A stretch of 64,000 nucleotides of DNA from Mobula hypostoma (taxonomy: Eukaryota). Both the position numbers and the translations under genes were made by a program. The number at the start of each line of letters is the position of its first letter. The first letter of the stretch is position 1. The DNA is taken from NCBI RefSeq assembly GCF_963921235.1, contig NC_086097.1, positions 159,032,001 through 159,096,000 of the forward strand, written 5' to 3'. Below the pieces are notes generated by a model that searched no databases, was not told the origin of the DNA, and was given only the letters and a program-made list of their open reading frames with translations. Below, one piece after another: positions 60,040-64,000 of the stretch.

Positions 60040-60889
60040 TAAAGTAAAGGTTGATAGGTTCTTGAGTAGTAAGAGCATCAAAGGTTATGGGGAGAAGATA
60101 GGATAATGAGGCTGAGAAGTAAAATAAATTAGCTAAGCTGGAATGGTGGAGCAGACGCGATACGCCATATGGCTTAATTCTACTCCTGTGTCTTATGGCC
60201 TTATGGTTATAAAAAGGAAGGCAATATCAAAAGTGAACACATGCTGTGTACAGTCATGCCTTAATAAACTTTATGTAGTTTCCCATGGGGGAAATTATCT
60301 GCGGAAATGTTTCAGAGTGAAAAAAAAACGTGGTGTTTCACAACCAAAATAATTCTGTCTTCACTTGACGTCCATTAGCTTGCTGGGATCTGGAGCAAAA
60401 CTGTAATGTGCAACTAGAAGCAGGTTTATCCTAAAGTTGATCAATACTGTACCCTCTTTTGAGAAGTTCCAGGAAATTTGATAATTAACCATGCTGCAGA
60501 AATGTTGTCATTGTATCATTTTTCTGGTATACATTCACTATGTCATATGGAGACCTGAAAATGCCAATATGGGAACTTTAAGGTTAAGTACTATGAGTTT
60601 TATGGGTTTTTTAATCAATAACTTTGAAGTGACATAGAATGCCATGTCAATGCCATTCAAATGTTCAAAAGTAGTTTCTCTGCTGTGTTGATCAGTGGGT
60701 AATGACGAGCTCTTTCCATGCTTCAACCTTGTAGTTGCAAAGGTCTGACCCCAATCATTCTATCCTTCCTAATGCAGACTGAAAAATCACTTTGACTAAA
60801 GAAGCACAGAGGAGGAAAGGAGTTCAAAAACTGAAAGACAAATCCTTAAATGATGCATGATGGAATCTGATGTGAAAGTGAACCATTAG

Positions 60890-62056
60890 CAGACATGTAG
60901 GAGATTAGTGTGCAAATTTAAAGCACACGGTATTGGGGTTAAGGTATTGATGTGGATGGAAAATTCGTTAGCAGACAGGAAGCAAAGAGTGGGAATAAAC
61001 GGGACCTTTTCAGAATGGCAGGCGGTGACTAGTGGGGTACCGCAAGGCTCAGTGCTGGGACCCCAGTTGTTTACAATATATATTAATGACTTGGATGAGG
61101 GAATTAAATGCAGCATCTCCAAGTTTGCGGATGACACGAAGCTGGGTGGCAGTGTTAGCTGTGAGGAGGATGCTAAGAGGACGGAGGGTGACTTGGATAG
61201 GTTGGGTGAGTGGGCAAATTCATGGCAGATGCAATTTAATGTGGATAAATGTGAAGTTATCCACTTTGGTGGCAAAAATAGGAAAACAGATCTGAAATCT
61301 GAATGGTGGCCGATTAGGAAAAGGGGAGGTGCAACGAGACCTGGGTGTCATTACACACCAGTCATTGAAAGTGGGCATGCAGGTACAGCAGGCGGTGAAA
61401 AAGGCGAATGGTATGCTGGCATTTATAGCGAGAGGATTCAAGTACAGGAGCAGGGAGGTACTACTGCAGTTGTACAAGGCCTTGGTGAGACCACACCTGG
61501 AGTATTGTGTGCAGTTTTGGTCCCCTAATCTGAGGAAAGACATCCTTGCCATAGAGGGAGTACAAAGAAGGTTCACCAGATTGATTCCTGGGATGGCAGG
61601 ACTTTCATATGAAGAAAGACTGGATGAACTGGGCTTGTACTCGTTGGAATTTAGAAGATTAAGGGGGGATCTGATTGAAACGTATAAGATCCTAAAGGGA
61701 TTGGACAGGCTAGATGCAGGAAGATTGTTCCCGATGTTGGGGAAGTCCAGAACGAGGAGCCACAGTTTGAGGATAGAGGGGAAGCTTTTTAGGACCGAGA
61801 TTAGGAAAAACTTCTTCACACAGAGAGTGGTGAATCTGTGGAATTCTCTGCCACAGGAAACAGTTGAGGCCAGTTCATTGGCTATATTTAAGAGGGAGTT
61901 AGATATGGCCCTTGTGGCTGCGGGGGTCAGGGGGTATGGAGGGAAGGCTGGGGCGGGGTTCTGAGTTGGATGATCAGCCATGATCATAATAAATGGTGGT
62001 GCAGGCTCGAAGGGCCGAATGGCCTACTCCTGCACCTATTTTCTATGTTTCTATGT
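60890..62056 (+). mobile_element. Young 5'-truncated CR1-like LINE (RT C-terminal half, one frameshift at ~61290)
   Basis: SGVPQGSVLGP, YINDL, KFADDTK, RPHLEYC, RRLRGDLIETYK, FFTQRVVNLWNSLP; (TTTCTATG)n tail. Confidence 0.92.
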
Positions 62057-64000
62057 AGGAGGGGTTGGATATATCTTTTCCAATAATTAGGAATAAATAT
62101 CAGGGATGATATAACTTCGAAAGTCTTTAGTTATCCCGCATAAGTACCTTAATGGAACTTGTTACTCAGTGTCAGCTAACTATAAGTGACCGAAAACAAG
62201 ATGCAATTTTGGTGACAGAATAAAATGAATGGCATGTTAACTAGCATGTTTCTGTGGTATTTTTAAGACAAAAAGGCAAATGAAGAAATAAGTGTGAAAC
62301 TTCAAGGAACACCATGACCTATATCAGATTCTTTTAGTCTGTGTCTTGACATTTATTTTAACTGCATCTCCTGCAATTTCCTCATAACAAAATTAACAGG
62401 GAAATGAAGTGACAGAAAATTGCACTATTATCACTGACAGTTCTCTTAAGGGTCAGATCCGTATGTCATAGATTATTTTAGCGAGTAATAGCAGGAGCTT
62501 CTGTGCAAAATGAACATTTAATGGACAAATTTATCATGCTTTTCCACATGCAACTTGTGTGCGATGACTAATTGCTAATAGTTATCCCAGGGTTCAGTAT
62601 TAAGTCCTTATACTGCAATCAGATTTCGGGAAACCACTTTCTCTGGCAAGTTTTGTTCCCCATTGGAGTTGGAAGCCAGTAAAGCACTGTCACCCCACCT
62701 CATCAGCTGTACGATTTCAGAATGATGGCAATGAGATTGACTTTTAATGGAACTTCAGTGTGACCAAGTATCAGATTACCACAACAAAGCACATTGCCTT
62801 CAACAGCAAAAAGAACAAGACTAGCAGTGATGTTGGAACACCACTAGTGTCAGAGTCAGAAAGCAATACAGTATGGAAACAGGCCCTTTAGTCTAGCTAT
62901 CCATGCCTCCCTAGTTTTCTGCCTAATCCCATCTCTCTGCAGCTGGACCATACTCTAGACCTCTATACCTCTCTCATCCATATACTATGTGAAGATTTCC
63001 CTGAAAACCATATACAACTCTCTCCCACCCCAAATTAGAACTGTTTTTCTTTATCACTCAGTCTGAATATTGAATATTCCTTCGCAACAGCACAGTGAGA
63101 GTTCCTTCACCCGAAGAGGGACATCAGCACCTACTCAAGGACAATTGGCTTTGTGCATTGAATATGGCTTTTATCAAACATAAATCAACAATGTACCTAA
63201 TTATTTTGTAAAGCTGGTACTGTTGTGTTCAAAAAGCACAAAATGTAAGGAATGCAGCAAGTCAGGCACCGTCTATTGGGCGGGGGGTGAGTAAAGAGCT
63301 GATATTTTGGGGCTAATTGTTTACTCTCCTCCCTAGCTTCTGCCTGACTTGCTGAGTTCCTCCAATATTTTATGTTTGTTGCTCAGGATTTCCAGCATCT
63401 ACTGCTGTGTTCGTGAGGGAATTAAGTGGGAGAGTGCCAGGGAGGGAGGACAGGATTTCAGAAACAGCTGAAGTCAAGATGGGAAAGGATTGTCAAGGAA
63501 GACCATACGATCCCATTACATGTGACTTTTTTCATATTAGAAAATGCCTGCTCTGTCCTAACAACACTGAATAAAAATGTTAGATGGCGTATTGAACGAT
63601 AATTTTTCCAAAAATTTTGTATTATGTTAGAAGGATGTACTAAGTCGTAATATTTGTACTAATTTCTGCAGGCCTGTCTGCAAATTCTGGATTATTTTGC
63701 TGAAATAATTTCTCCAAATGATGAGTTTCTAACAAAAAAATAGTTGCCTCTCCTCCCAGTATGTAGCTTGTGGTGCAGAAGATCAATATATAAGAAAGTT
63801 TTAAAGTTAAGTTCACTGTGCTAAAATTTTAAAAAAAGCCTGAATTAAAGGCAATTTTATGTTGTTGTGCTTCTGAGGTAAGAGTCTGATATCCTGGGAG
63901 TTGATTTGTTTGCTTTGTGTCTCTTTAGTTTTTCTCTACCCTTGCTTTCTCTGAGTTCATCTTAAACACGTAGTCCAACTATTATTTCTCTGATTTCATT

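Larger units (their letters stand above)
55930..60210 (+). mobile_element. Long decayed CR1-like LINE hosting RTE, hAT, Tigger and Tc1 insertions
   Basis: GNYRPVHLTSIVDKML, LDFQK..DK, VAKLEDDT, …FFSQKVVNLWNSLP and a CTTATGG tail, in colinear order. Confidence 0.75.

Noticed and set aside
624..61987. The many 60-260 aa ORFs as host genes
   Set aside because: They are TE fragments, antisense or alternate frames of TE ORFs, or low-complexity translations; none resembles a cellular protein I recognise.
1..64000. Prokaryotic systems (CRISPR array, retron, operon) around the RT gene
   Set aside because: The context is vertebrate repeat DNA, the RT is PLE-type, and no regularly spaced repeat-spacer array was seen.

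Overview
This is eukaryotic, AT-rich, repeat-dominated DNA with no recognisable host protein-coding gene. The repeat set (V-SINE/HE1-like SINEs, CR1-like LINEs, Rex1/Babar-like LINEs, Tc1/mariner, Tigger and hAT MITEs) points to a vertebrate, most likely a cartilaginous fish (ray or shark); that assignment is inference. The main feature is a very young, apparently intact Penelope-like retroelement (Neptune-type RT + GIY-YIG, 1042 aa, 5275-8403). It sits in a seamless ~1.33-unit head-to-tail tandem (4095-8793), and two minimal type-I hammerhead ribozymes (HHRs) 3519 nt apart bracket the complete ORF. At least seven short HHR-containing pLTR-only insertions of related sequence are scattered through the window; several have clear target-site duplications (TSDs) and all span the predicted cleavage site. 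Other notable items: five copies of a ~550-670 bp non-autonomous retroelement with a YY1-like head, an L1-like insertion with twin-priming 5' inversion, a candidate solo LTR, several palindromic or chimeric MITEs, and a repeat-free motif-dense island near 53.4-54.3 kb. Boundaries of decayed repeats are approximate, and family names come from motif recognition, not database searches.
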